Shown here: positions 12,995 through 25,459 of the stretch, piece after piece
How positions within the stretch are numbered: the first letter of the stretch is position 1
Layout of the letters: each line of letters opens with the position of its first letter
Assembly (NCBI GenBank): GCA_035221665.1
Contig: CM069150.1
Span: 12,400,001-12,464,000 of the forward strand
Reading direction: 5' to 3'
Source: Okamejei kenojei
Lineage: Eukaryota
Length of the DNA stretch: 64,000 nt
Position numbers and translations under genes: made by a program
The notes under the pieces: model-generated
The model's input: the letters and a program-made list of their open reading frames with translations, nothing else
Database searches by the model: none
Told to the model about the DNA's origin: nothing

Positions 12995-13670
12995 GTAGGA
13001 AGGAACTGGAGATTTAAACTGAAGATAGACATGTTGGAGTAACTCAGCGGGTCAGGCAACATTTCTGGAGAAAAGGAATAAGTGACGTTTCGGGTTGAGA
13101 GCCTTCTTCAGACTGAGATTCGGGGAAAGGGAAGCAAGATATATAGACGGTGATATGGAGAGATATAGAACAAATGAATGAAAGATATACCAAAAAGTAA
13201 GGATGATCAAGGAAATGGTGCATTGTTGGCTGTGGGCTAGGTAATAACAAGTTATACAGACAATGAAACTCACCACCACGACAGTGAAGCTGGTATGACT
13301 GCTAGGGTGGAGGAGGGATGGAGAGGACGGTGATGCAAGGTTTACTTAAAGTTAGAGAAATCAATATTCATATCACTGGGTTGTAAGCTGGCCAAGCAAA
13401 ATATGAGGTGCTGTTTCTTCAATTTGTATTTGGACACTCTCTGACAATGAAGGTGACTCAGGACATAAAGTAATGGGAAGGGGAGTTAACATGTTTAGCA
13501 ACCGGGAGATCACTTAAGTCAAGCCCGACTGAGCAACGGTGTTCGGCGAAACGATCGTCAAGTCTACGCTTGGCCTGGCCGATGTATGTCCACACCTGGA
13601 ACAATAAGGTTGGAGAAGTGTAGGTGAACCTCTGCGTAACCTGAAAGGACTGTCGGGGTCCCTGGACAGT
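12995..13670 (-). mobile_element. Penelope-like element 3' part (GIY-YIG endonuclease remnant plus terminus with hammerhead motif)
   Basis: ORF 13458-13841 contains QGPRQSFQV..YIGQAKRRLDDRFAEH; minus strand has CTGAAGA...CCCGAAACGTC at ~13084-13111. Confidence 0.8.
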
Positions 13671-13859
13671 CCTGAACCTCAACCCTGGAAGCTTGAGATA
13701 AGGCCAGGGAAGACTTTGTAAAAATCCTGGTCTGCACCCCAAAGGAAGACAAATGATCTCCCTGGGCACCAATCCCAATGTTGGAATGGATATAACCTTC
13801 TGGTAAAATGTGATTAGAAGAAGGGAGTAGGCCAGCTCCACCTAAATTCTGCTCTTAAT

Positions 13860-15722
13860 TGTAAATTGTTATCATTTCAGCAATTAAAATCAAAATTTAA
13901 ACTGAATGATAATCAATATTTTAAATATATACAGATATGTGACTTTATGAAGAAATATATACATAGATTTCAAACCATATTTTTAGACCCTTTATTTTTG
14001 TTTTTTTGTTTTTTTTGTTTATTTTTGTTAGAAGTAAGTACAGTAGTGTGGTATTAAGTACCTAATACATACATACGTATTTCCATTCTTGTACAACTTC
14101 GTACTTTTGATTTAATAATAAAAGAACAATGAGAGAAAAAATAAATAAAGAGTGTTGGAATAGATAGACAAGCGAGTAGAAACAGATAGCCAAAGAAATA
14201 CAGGACCGAGATAAGAAGCTAAAAGATTGAAAGAAAAGGAGAAAGTAAAGGAAAGAGAGATTAGGAGAGATCTACCTATTTCGTATTTTTGCCCATCCGT
14301 CACCCGGTTCTAAACCATTTAATTTCTTATGTTGCACCATCTGCTTGTAAAAAGTTGATAAAAGGAGACCAAGTCTTTAAGAATAGGTCTACTTTGCCTA
14401 GGAGGAATCTCATTTCTTCAAGGTGTAGCATTTCAGGCATGTTTGAAATCCACATTTTGAATGTTGGCGTGGTAGCATTTTTCCAAAATTTGAGTATATG
14501 TTTTTTTGCTGTTATTAGACCGTAATTAAGAAAAGCTTCTTGGAATACAGTTAGTTTACTTCCCTCTTCCATTGATCCAAAGATCAAATTTTTAGACCCT
14601 TTGGAAGAAGCAATGGCTGATTCACAAAAACTAATATCATATTTTTATAATATATTAAATAGAGAATTACCCTCAACAGAGGCACTAAGAGAAGATTGGG
14701 AACATGAACTAATGATAAAATTCCAAAAGATAGATGGAAAAAGTATCTGATGAACACACATAATTGTTCCATTAATGCAAGACATAATTTAATTCAATTT
14801 AAATTATTACATAGACTATATTATTCATAGAAACATAGAAATTAGGTGCAGGAGTAGGCCATTCAGCCCTTCGAGCCTGCACCGCCATTCAATATGATCA
14901 TGGCTTGATTCAAAAACAAGGTTGAATAAATTCTACCCAAACGTCTCTTCTAGATGCGATAAATGTTTGTTTCAAAATGCCAATATAACACATGCAATTG
15001 TAGGATGTATAAAGTTGAATAAATTTTGGAGCGATATATTTGATATATTTACAAAGCTCTTCAAGTCAAGAATAGAACCAAATACTGAATGGATTATATT
15101 TGGAATAATAGTAGAAGATATCAATTTAAACAAAGACCAAAAAGTATTCTTTAATTATGGGTTAATAATTGGAAAGAAATTGATACTTAAATTTTGGAAA
15201 AATACAGCTATACCAACTATTAAATTGTGGATTAGTAATATGACGAACATAGCTCACCTTGAAGAAATGAGACTCAGCCTCATTGATAAATATGACCAAT
15301 TCTTTGAAAAATTCTTAGAGAAAGGGGAGTTGGTCCCCTTTCATCAACTTTTTGGAATCATGTGATGCAGCAGTACTGTAAAGATTACTGATTTCAGGTC
15401 AGGTGATGGATAGAATTACATCCGAACAAAGATTTGAAAATTTCTTTTTTAAGGGTCTTTTTCTCCTATTTGTACTTTCTACATTTTCTTTTCTTATATA
15501 CACACTTCACGTTTTTCTATTTTCTACTATCTATTTTTCCTCTTTTTCTTCTCTCTATTTCTTGTCTTTTTTTTAACTTCCTTTTCAAAAACATAAAACT
15601 AGAGGTTGTACATAGAATGTATTACGTTATGACATAGTTGGCACCTAAAATTAGGTGCCACTGTATTGTTTTGTACTGTATTAACTTCTAATAAAATAAA
15701 CAAAAAATAAATAAAAAATAAC
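13860..15722 (+). mobile_element. L1-clade LINE 3' region (zinc-knuckle C-terminus) hosting two nested insertions
   Basis: ORF 14922-15365 has a CDKC..H...C zinc knuckle and KKLILKFWK; A-rich tail at ~15690-15722. Confidence 0.8.
13994..14587 (-). mobile_element. 5'-truncated L1-clade copy inserted antisense into the other L1
   Basis: 15-bp TSD ATTTTTAGACCCTTT at 13979-13993 and 14588-14602; T-rich tail on the left; ORF 14327-14587. Confidence 0.85.
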
Positions 15723-16394
15723 ATGCTTGGAGCATGGACATCCTAAGAAACACACTTTTTCATCAGAAAGCCAAGCACAAAGCAATGGTGCAACACCCTG
15801 GGTTCAAGCACTGGCACTTGTATATCACCATCTCAGCAATCAAGCATAAACCTGTTTCCAATCCTTATACCAGGACTGGTATCAATAACTGCCTGACTGT
15901 TCACTGCCTGATCAGCTCAGTTACATCCATCAGCATGACCTCAAAATATCAAAAGAAAGGTCTTGACCCGAAACGTCGCCTATTCCTTCTCTCCATAGAT
16001 GCTGCCTCACCCGCTGAGTTTCTCTAGCATTTTTGTCTACCTTCAAAATATCAGTGTCAGCAGAAGCTCTGCAACAATTGCAATGTCAAAGTCGTCAAAT
16101 CCGCCACAAAATCAGCTTTGTTTTAGTGGGCAACTAAGAAACACCCGGTGTCAATTTTCAGCCGAGAACTAGTTTGATAAGAATGATCAGACACTAAGTA
16201 ACTGTATGAAGGAACTGCAGATGCTGGTTTACACCGAAGATAACACAAAATGCTGGATTAATGAAACAGGACAGGCAGCATCTCTGGAGAGAAGGAATGG
16301 GTGACCTTTTGGTTTGAGAAGTCTGAAGAAGGCTCTTGACCTTTTAAAATAAGTCAGTGAAGCTTCAGTCCACACTCTTGTCACAACTGCAAAG

Positions 16395-18070
16395 GGGATA
16401 TGACAGGAGCCATAAGAAATGCTGCAACCTTGACCATCACCAAGAAAAAAGATTCTGACTGGGATAAATCGTGAGAGATCTTCCTACTGCCTGATGCAGG
16501 GAAAGTCATCACCAAGGCCCTTTTGATTTTGAACTGCCTCTTCCCAGTGGCTAAAGGGTTGCCCACAAATCACAGTGTATTTTTTCTACTATTGGATAGT
16601 GGACCAATGTGCCTTTTTCAACCTAACTAACATATTTCACTCCAACAATCTGGAGGGATTGTGCAACCTTGTTCTCAAATTTGGCTTCCCTCAGAAATCC
16701 ATCTTTAGACATTTATCTGGGACAGCATGCAAGCTATGATCCTAACCATCAGGTCCAAAGCAGAGCCAACCTCAATGAAGACTGGTGTCATACAAGGTGG
16801 TATAAGGCTGGTGCCACCTTTGCCTCATCACTTTTCTCAATCTTCTGTGTTGCATTATTGCCCGTGTTCTCCCACAAACTTCCTGCGGGAGTGGAAGTAA
16901 CCTTTGGAACTAAAAGGAAACTGTTAAATCTATGGAAGCAAGGCCAAATTCAGCAGTTGCACTGCAGTATACAAACTTTGCCTTTGCTGGTCCACACTCG
17001 AAAACTAAGCTCCAAGCCTTTGTTGATGAGTTCACTGAAGCATATAAGACTCAAAAAGACCCTCTACCTGTCCATTCCTGAAGCATCATAATTCACTCCT
17101 ACAATAAAAGTTGTCCATGAAGGCAGACATCAATGATGAAATTCATCACCACTTTCACAAAACTCAGGTTTAATGGGCAGCAGTGATCCCTGACTTAATT
17201 TATGCAGTTGAGACCTAAACTACCTAAAACGAGCTCTTTATTGTACTGGAAAAATCCCACCATCACCGTCTCCACAAAGTTCTCCAAATTCACTGGATAG
17301 ATGTGAATCAATGTCAGTGTCAACCAGACCAACGCCGACAGCAATAAGGCCCTTGTTATTATTCAGTGACCATTATTAATGGTCATTGCAAGCCAGACAC
17401 CAGACCTACGAAGCAGAAGGTAATCTTGTAACAGGAAGGTAATCTTGTCACTAGCATGTGGATAGAAGAAAAAAATGTTACATCCCCATTGATTCCTGGG
17501 GATGTCTGGCTCATGACCACTTAAGACAAAGAAGGAGTGTGGGGGTGTAAAGAGAGAGACAGAGAGATACAGCACAAAAATAAGCACTTCAACATATTGG
17601 GCCCCACTGCCTGTTTACACTAATCCTAGATTAACTTCTGCAGATTTTTCCACTCAATTACAGACCATAGTCAATTACAATTAACGTACCACCCTGTAGG
17701 TCTTTGGGATGTGAGAAGAAACTGGAGCACCCGGCAAAATCTCACATAGTCACAGGGAGAACATGTGTGCTCCACACAGACAGCGCCCAAAGTCAGGACG
17801 CATTCTTTGGCAGCAGTTCTAATGCATGTATCACTGCCCATTCGGAATGTTATCGGGAACCTTAAGTTCATGAATTGGGAGCACACAAAACTGTTGTTTA
17901 AGTGGCAGAAGGAATGCACCACCCCACAAAGCACCCATCTGCCCATTCCAACAGGCACCTCGTGCCTCATCTGCGGAAGTGTCTGTAAGTCCCTCGTTAG
18001 CCAGCTTAGCCTCATCAGCAAAACACAAAACCAAAGTAACCAATCATCCTTGGTCTCAAGGACTGACTAA
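16395..18070 (+). mobile_element. Highly degraded RTE/BovB-like LINE remnants, with a SINE fragment at ~17690-17800
   Basis: Remnant motifs GKVITKALL, LFSIF, GVEVTFGTKRKLLNL and a C-terminal CLICG-like knuckle. Confidence 0.5.
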
Positions 18071-19755
18071 GCTATGTGAAAATTGGATTGAGATTAACTA
18101 TATGAAATGCATTCACTGAAATGAGTCCTCATCCAGCTTTTGTTTACACCAGCACTAATACATTTCCACAAATTAATACATGGTAATCAGGAGTGGAAAA
18201 TCTGGTTTATTCCCCACTTCCTATCATCGGATAGGAAGTGGGGAATATACTCACTATTTCCCACGCCGAATCAAGCACATGGTACCTTCTAGACTGTGTA
18301 GCTCAACTACAAGATGCCCTTATCAATCAAGAAACAAGCCAATGCTGAACATAGGATTATATCCAAAACTTGCCATGAACAAATGCTTTTTTTGTCCCCT
18401 TTGGAACTCTTTGAACAGTTCCAATAAGATTAAACACGAGTGTTGGAAAGAGAATAAAGAGCCAGCTGTATTAAATATCAACTGCTTAGGCTGATATACG
18501 TCATATGCTGAAAGAAAACAAGATACATGGTAGGTTTGAACAATGCTAATCTTTCAGCTCAATTGAACACATCCTTTTAGAGTTCCATAGCAAGGACCTC
18601 CCATTACGGTATCTTACTCTCCTGTATGAGTTCTGACTTCAATTTCCTTTTCATCTGCGTAAATAAACAAATAAATTTGATACATTTGTGCAGCATCTTT
18701 CACATCCTCATTTTAGAACTATAGTTTCAGAATAAGTGTTTGTCCATTTATGATGAAGATCAAGGGGATTTCTGATCTCAGAGTTCCAAATCTCTAGAAT
18801 TCTCTACGCCAGCCCCTTTCACCACTCAATCTGTGCAGGCCAAGTCTTTGAAGTCTTTAAAATTTTATTTTTGGGGTGATAGATCAGACCATATCATCCG
18901 CCATGCCAATTGGTAACTAGAAGTGTATCCACCATTGTTTCCATTCAGATGGAATGGCTTGCCATTTGCAGAGTTGACCACCTTTTGACTGCCGACTTGC
19001 CAATCTCTTACAGTAGCACTCTGAGTTGTAACCTCCATTCATTGACATAGCATTGTCAAGATCTCTCAGTGCAACACAGTCTGAAGAAGAACTGACCCGA
19101 AATGATGTCTGTCAAAGCCCTCCACTGATGCAACCTGACTAGTTCCTCCAGCACTTTGTTTTTTGCTCAAGATTTCAGCCACTTTTCGGAACTGTAAGAA
19201 TGATTTCAGTTAGTCAACTGAGGCTAATGGAGGAAGGGATCTGAATGGGCCTCTATTCCAGGAAGATGTGATGGTCCCTCATATCATATTGGTGTGGGAT
19301 GGAGATGTAGAAGGATTGAACAAAGGGAGAAGGCTTGAGGTCAGGATAGGATGAAATATGTTCAAAAACAGAATGAAACAATGGATCTTCCACAACTGTC
19401 CTTCTTGTGCATCTTGGGGAGAAGGTGCGCCGCCTGACCTGCTGGGTATTCCCTGCATTGTGATTCTTATTTTAGATATCGCGCATCCAAGGAATGAAGC
19501 TAAATCTGATAGTTTATTAAATCATATTTTTTTTAAATAAGCATATCCCCTTCTGGTTGATTAGTATGGAAGCCATGGTAATGTTTCCCAACTGTGTCTT
19601 TCATGTTGAATTGGGCCTCTCCCTTCCCCTAAAAAAATGCACAGGTGAGATAACATCACAAAGGATTTCCATGTCAATGCCTGTGAAATCAAGCAAGTAG
19701 CATCATGAAGTGCGAACTAGACTAAGTGGGACCCGTTGGGTCCCAGCTTCACATG

Positions 19756-19913
19756 NNNNNNNNNNNNNNNNNNNNNNNNNNNNNNNNNNNNNNNNNNNNN
19801 NNNNNNNNNNNNNNNNNNNNNNNNNNNNNNNNNNNNNNNNNNNNNNNNNNNNNNNNNNNNNNNNNNNNNNNNNNNNNNNNNNNNNNNNNNNNNNNNNNNN
19901 NNNNNNNNNNNNN
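19756..19913. other. Assembly gap (158 N)
   Basis: Run of N. Confidence 1.
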
Positions 19914-20514
19914 TTGTATCTACTCACACGGCTGAGCGCGGCCTCTCCACTATGAGGCTTCTACAGTCAGCGGCACTTCCGCAATCAGCACAACGTCTGC
20001 ACTCACCAGAAATTACGCAATCAGCATGGCCTGTCCACTAAGCGGAAGTCACAAAATGAGCGGGACTTATGGACTAAACACAGTCGGACCTAATAAAGCA
20101 TGTATTCCTTCCAAACACAGTCGGACCTAATAAAGCATTGCAGTTTCAAGCAAAAGGCAGGGCAGCAAGCCAAACAACGCATGGCATTGTCATTTTATTT
20201 CATTTCATTTTTGAATTAAGCATTGCACTTTCAAGCACAGGCAGGACAGCAGGCTAAACAACTCATGACATTGTCATTAAGGGCTAACAAATCATTTATT
20301 GCAAGTATATTGCAGACTCACAGTTCAGTTGATTCACAGCTAAGGATGACAGTCGTGGCCTCTCCCTCGCGATCTTGCAGAGTGAATGACTCACGTCCAA
20401 GCATCCGGGGTTTTATAGTCCCCTCCCTCCCACCCGGAAGGGGCGTTACCTTCATCGCAGTGATTGACAGGCGAGAGGACCAATTAGCTGATCTCAAGGT
20501 TTTCATGTTTTTTT

Positions 20515-21070
20515 AATATACTCTTTTATTGGCATTCCACAACAAACACATTTCCATAAAACGGGTTTCAGGTATAATACTATATGTATACATCATCGAC
20601 TTTTGTTTGTCTTGAATTGCATCTTTTTGAGATTTGTACAAAGCAAATATAGTAAAATACAGTAAAAACTATGGACATTTAGGGAGTGATCCTTTCTTTA
20701 ACATATAATCAAAAATTTGTAAAAATAAAGTCTGGCCAATGAGGCATTACATAACTAACCCAATCTCCCAGCATGACACAAATAAATCCAGTTTAAAGTT
20801 AACATATGCTGTTATTTTCTCCATTTTATAAATGTCCTTTGTGATGTCCATCCATGCATTCAGTGTTGGACCCTCTTGTGATAACCAGTTCTTTGTGAGA
20901 GCTTTTTTACCAGCTACCATAAATATATTCAGTTGGTATTTGTCTTTTTTCGGCCAATCTTCAGGTATGAGTCCAAAAAACATGGTCTTACTAGGGGCAC
21001 ATGACGTCTAAAAATGTTTTGTAAGACATCATGTAACTCTCTCCAAAAACTTTAATAACAGGGCAATCCC
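20515..21070 (-). mobile_element. L1/Tx1-clade LINE 3' fragment
   Basis: ORF 20747-20983 AGKKALTKNW...PTLNAW...MEKIT, typical of the L1-clade ORF2 C-terminus. Confidence 0.7.
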
Positions 21071-21464
21071 TAAGTCCAGGCATCTGGTGTTTTATAATTC
21101 AGCATCCCCCCCCCCGGAAGGGGCGTTACCTTCATCATGGTGATTGACAGCTGAGTGAGCCAATCAGCTGATCTCAAGGTTTTTTTAAACACTCATAACT
21201 TTTTTTCTTTTCATCGATGGGAAAAATCCTCGGGGCTGACTCAGCAGAAGAGCACTGTGAGTAAGATGGCCAAAAATCACAGCGATACAGTGTAGCGGTT
21301 TTTTTTCTAAAATCAATATACAGCGCAGACAGGAAGTGGTCAAGATGAGACTTTTAATTATATAGGTGGATCACATGAGCATGAATGCTGGGCAAGTAGC
21401 AGAGTCAGACTGCCAACTTAGTCACAACTACAAGGTGAATGTGGTTGCATCTTGGTCAGGATGA

Positions 21465-22200
21465 TCTTGCTAGTGCAGGACTCCCCAAAAGGTTAATTAG
21501 CAAGTCGAATCGGTAGTAAGGAAGGCAAATTCAATGCTAGCATTCACATCAAGAGGACTGGAATACAAAAACAGAGATGTAATGCTGATGCTCTACAAGC
21601 CACTGGTCAGACCACATTTGAAGTACTGTGAGCAAATTTGGGCCCCATATCCGAGGATGTGCTGGCTCTGGAGAGGGCCCAGAGGAGGTTTACAAGAATG
21701 ATTCCAGGAATGAGTGGGTTAGCATTTGATGAGCACTTGACAGCGTGGACCTCTACTCGCTTGAGTTTAGAAGGTTGAAGGGGGACCTCAATGAAATTTA
21801 CAGAATACTGAAAGGCATAGATAGAGTCGATTGGAAAGAATGTTTCCACTGTTGGGAGAGTCTAGGACCAAAGGTCATAGCCTCAGAATTAAAGGGTGTT
21901 TTTTTAAAAAGGAGGTGAGTAGGAACATCTTTAGTCAAAGGGCAGTTAATCTGTGGAACTCGTTGCTGTGGAGGCCAAGTCAGTAGATATTTTTAAGTTC
22001 AAATTATATTTATTGTCACATGCACCAATTGGTACAGTGAGATTTGAGTTACCATGCAGCCATACGAATAAGGCAGCGATAGCCAAATTCTTGATTAGAA
22101 CGGGTGACAAGAGTTATGTGGAGAAGGCAGGAAAATGGGATTAGGAGGCTGAGATCAGCCATGAGCTGAATGGCCTAATTCTACACCTCTAACTTGTGAA
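21465..22200 (+). mobile_element. CR1 LINE 3' fragment
   Basis: LVRPHLKYCEQ.W..ALERAQRRFTRMIPG remnant plus CR1 tail. Confidence 0.8.
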
Positions 22201-23609
22201 TGTGATCTTGTCCAATGTTAGCAAGCCTGGTTTCCATGCCCTAGCTGTGCCTGAAAAATGATGATTTAATCCAAAGGCTGTGAACCACCATGGAAATACT
22301 GATGTTCAGGCCTCTGAACACACCTGACAGTGCATTTGGTGCAGATATCCTCCATTCCAAGAAGCTGACGACAGAGTAAATCAAAATTCAAATCTAAAAT
22401 TGTTAAATGTCATCATGGAAACTTGCCAATTAAAATGTTAACTGACTCTCTTCCTGGTGGTTGGAGAGCTGACTGTATCTAAAGTTGTTAATCAGGACAT
22501 TGTAATTAAGCAATATCTATGCCCCTATTAAGTGTGGACATATTTAAAATCAGATTGTTTTAGTACTCATTCAAAAGGCATTTTGATGGATGTTTTTCAC
22601 ATGTTATTCTTTTGTTGAAGGAAAGTGTGAGAAAGTTGGAATAGGACTGGACTCCAGAAAAACTCCACAAAAATTCAGGAAAGAATAGGAAGCAATCACG
22701 ATTTATTTTCATTTGTTTTTCTTAAATAAATTAGGTAAACAGATTAATTTACTCAATACAGATTTTAAATGTTGTGCTATTATGCTGCTGCAAGTAAGAA
22801 TGTAATTGCTCTGTTTCAGGGCATATGACAATCAAACACTTTTGACTCTTGACAGGTTAGTTGCTGCCTGATTGCATTCGGATGACACCTTTCATCACGG
22901 TGGTGATAATTGAGAATGTAAAATGATTGGGTTGTAATTAGCAAGATTACAATTTGTCCAGCTATTTGTGAACATGACATATCTGGACAAATGTCGGCTC
23001 TACCAGGCAGGTTTCAGTGTTGTGACTCAGGCTAGCAACATGTTTAGTTCCAGGGTGAAGGTTTACGTTATTATATGTGGGATTTTGTCCAGTTCCACAA
23101 CACCGAGCCATTTCTTGATATCACATCATAAGTCTCCTGTTAACTGAAGATGGCTTTCAGTGATGGTGGGGACCTCAATTAAAATTTGAGGTGAAATAGT
23201 CACTCAGCACTCCTGGCTGAACATAGTTGTGAATGGTTCAACCTTTAAGTTTGGCACTTTTTAGCTAAATGCATTTTAACAGTTAAAATAAAACATGATC
23301 ACGATGTATCAACTATAGTGACTATATTTCTCTGTCTCCATTCCATCTGTTCTGAAAATGATACCTTTCACACTTCTACAACTAATACTTCTTTTTTCTT
23401 CGCCCATGGTTTCCCATGCACTGTAATTGACACGGACCTCAACCCCATCTGTTTCATTTCCTGCACCCTTATAATACCTTCTCCTCCCAAACAGATCAAG
23501 GATGGGATTCTGCTTGTTCTTGCTTTCCAACCTATCAATCTCTAAAATCAACTTCCATCAGTCACTTCTTCTCCCTCCCCTTTAACTATTCCAAAGAAAC
23601 AGTTCTCAA

Positions 23610-24760
23610 TTCCACACAAGAGTTTAGTGTGCAAAATTAGAGCACATGTTATTGGGGGTAGGGTATTGACATGGATAGAGAACAGGTTGGCAGACAGGAA
23701 GCAAAGAGTAGGAATTAACGGGTCCTTTTCAGAATGTCAGGCAGTAACTAGTGGAGTGTCGCAAGGCTCAGTGCTGGGACCCCAGTTATTTACAATATAT
23801 ATTAACTTAGATTAAGGAATGAAATGTAACATCTCCAACTTTTCGGATGACACAAAGCTGGGTGCAGTGTGAGCTGTTAGGTGGATGCTATGAGGCTGCA
23901 AGATGATTTGAATAGGTTGGGTGAGTGGACAGATGCATGGCAGATGAAGTACAATGTGGATAAATGTGAGGTTATCCACTTTGGTGGCAAAAACAATATG
24001 GCAGATTATTATATGAATAGTGTCAGGTTAGGAAAAGGGGAGGCGTAACGAGACCTGGGTGTCATTGTACATCAATCACTGAAAGTAAGTGTGCAGGCAG
24101 TGAAGAAAGCAAATGGCATGTTGGCCTTCATTGCGAGAGGATTTGAGTATAGAAGCCAGCCAGGAGGTCCTACTGCAGTTGCACAGAGCCCTGGTGAGAC
24201 CACACCTGGAGTATTGTGTGCAGTTTTGGTCTCTTAGTTTGAGGAAGGACATTCTTGCTATTGAGGGAGTGCAGCATAGGTTCACCAGGCTAATTCCCGG
24301 GATGCCGAGACTGACATATGATGAAAAAATAGAGCGACTGGGCTTACTGTATATTCATTGGAATTTAGGAAGGATAGGGGATTTTATAGAAACATATAAA
24401 ATTATTAGGGGATTGAACAGACTGGATGCAGGAAAAAATTTCCCGATGTTGGAGCAGTCCAGAACCTGGGGTAACAGTTTAAGAATAACGGGTAGACCAT
24501 TTAGGGCTGAGATGAGGAAACATGTTTTGCACCCAGAGAGTTGTGAATCTATGGAATTCTCTGCCACAGAAGGCCAATTCACTGTATGTATTCAAAGGAG
24601 AGTTGGATATAGCTCTTGGGGCTATCAGAATCAAGGGATATGGGAAGAAAGCAGGAACGGGGTACTGATTCTGGATGATCAGCCATGATCATATTAAATG
24701 GTGGTGTTGGCTCGAAGGGCCAAATGGACAAATCCTGCACCTATTTCTATGTTTCTATGA
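23610..24760 (+). mobile_element. CR1 LINE 3' ~1.1 kb, inserted in an old Penelope remnant (23300-23610, 24760-24850, 25770-25900)
   Basis: ORFs 23627-23815 ([19 protein letters not shown]) and 24113-24688 ([14 protein letters not shown]); (TTCTATGT)n-like tail. Confidence 0.9.
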
Positions 24761-24893
24761 CATCCCAGTTCACTCTTCTATAACCACTGTGCAACACCTG
24801 CCCTTTAATGCCTTCCCCATCCAAAGACCCAAACTCTACTTCAATTGAGGTACAGTCCCAGCACTGGTTTTCTGGCATTCTTGGTTCTAGATC

Positions 24894-25459
24894 TGTAATG
24901 TAAGGGTTAAACAGACTGTGAGCTGAAATGGAGTTGTCAGCTAATTTAGCAGCACCGTATTTGGAACACTGCTTAGGAAAACAAGTAAATGTTTTTGAAG
25001 AATGCTTGGGCTAATTCAGAGGCCAGTAGATCATGAGGACCTACGAGGTCACTGAGATAAGCTTTGCTTTCCCAAAGACATCCAAGACTAGCTCAGTGGC
25101 TGATAGGACACATGACAGATAATCACCTGTTGTTTTAAGTGATAAAATTATTATATAAATACATAGTTCTACCATGAGAGCTTGAGCTTCATCTTCGGGG
25201 AGAGAAAAAAGTTTCACCAAGCAGAGTGAGAGGAAGAGCTTGGACCGTGGAATGTGTGTTGGCGCACGCCAGTGCAGACAGGAGGTCCGAATACGCAGAG
25301 GGGCGTAAGAGTTATTTTGTATTGTTTCTTTATTGATAGTTGATTGAGTTTCTGTGTTTTACTTGTGTTTGCTTTAATAAATAGTTAATTGTGTTCTTCG
25401 CCATGTGCTTCTTCCATTCATTGATCCGAATCCTTCAATCCCGCATATATTTAATTACA
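24894..25459 (+). mobile_element. Solo LTR
   Basis: TG...CA termini; 5-bp TSD AGATC (24889-24893, 25460-25464); internal TATA-like sequence and AATAAA; related copy at ~60597-61260. Confidence 0.8.

Larger units (their letters stand above)
19717..21365 (-). mobile_element. Non-autonomous Helitron containing an L1 fragment and the assembly gap
   Basis: Minus-strand 3' end GGGACCCAACGGGTCCC hairpin followed by ACTTAGTCTAG; 5' end CTATATAATTAAAAGTC. Confidence 0.7.

Noticed and set aside
19703-20041. ORFs spanning X residues
   Set aside because: Artefacts of the N gap.
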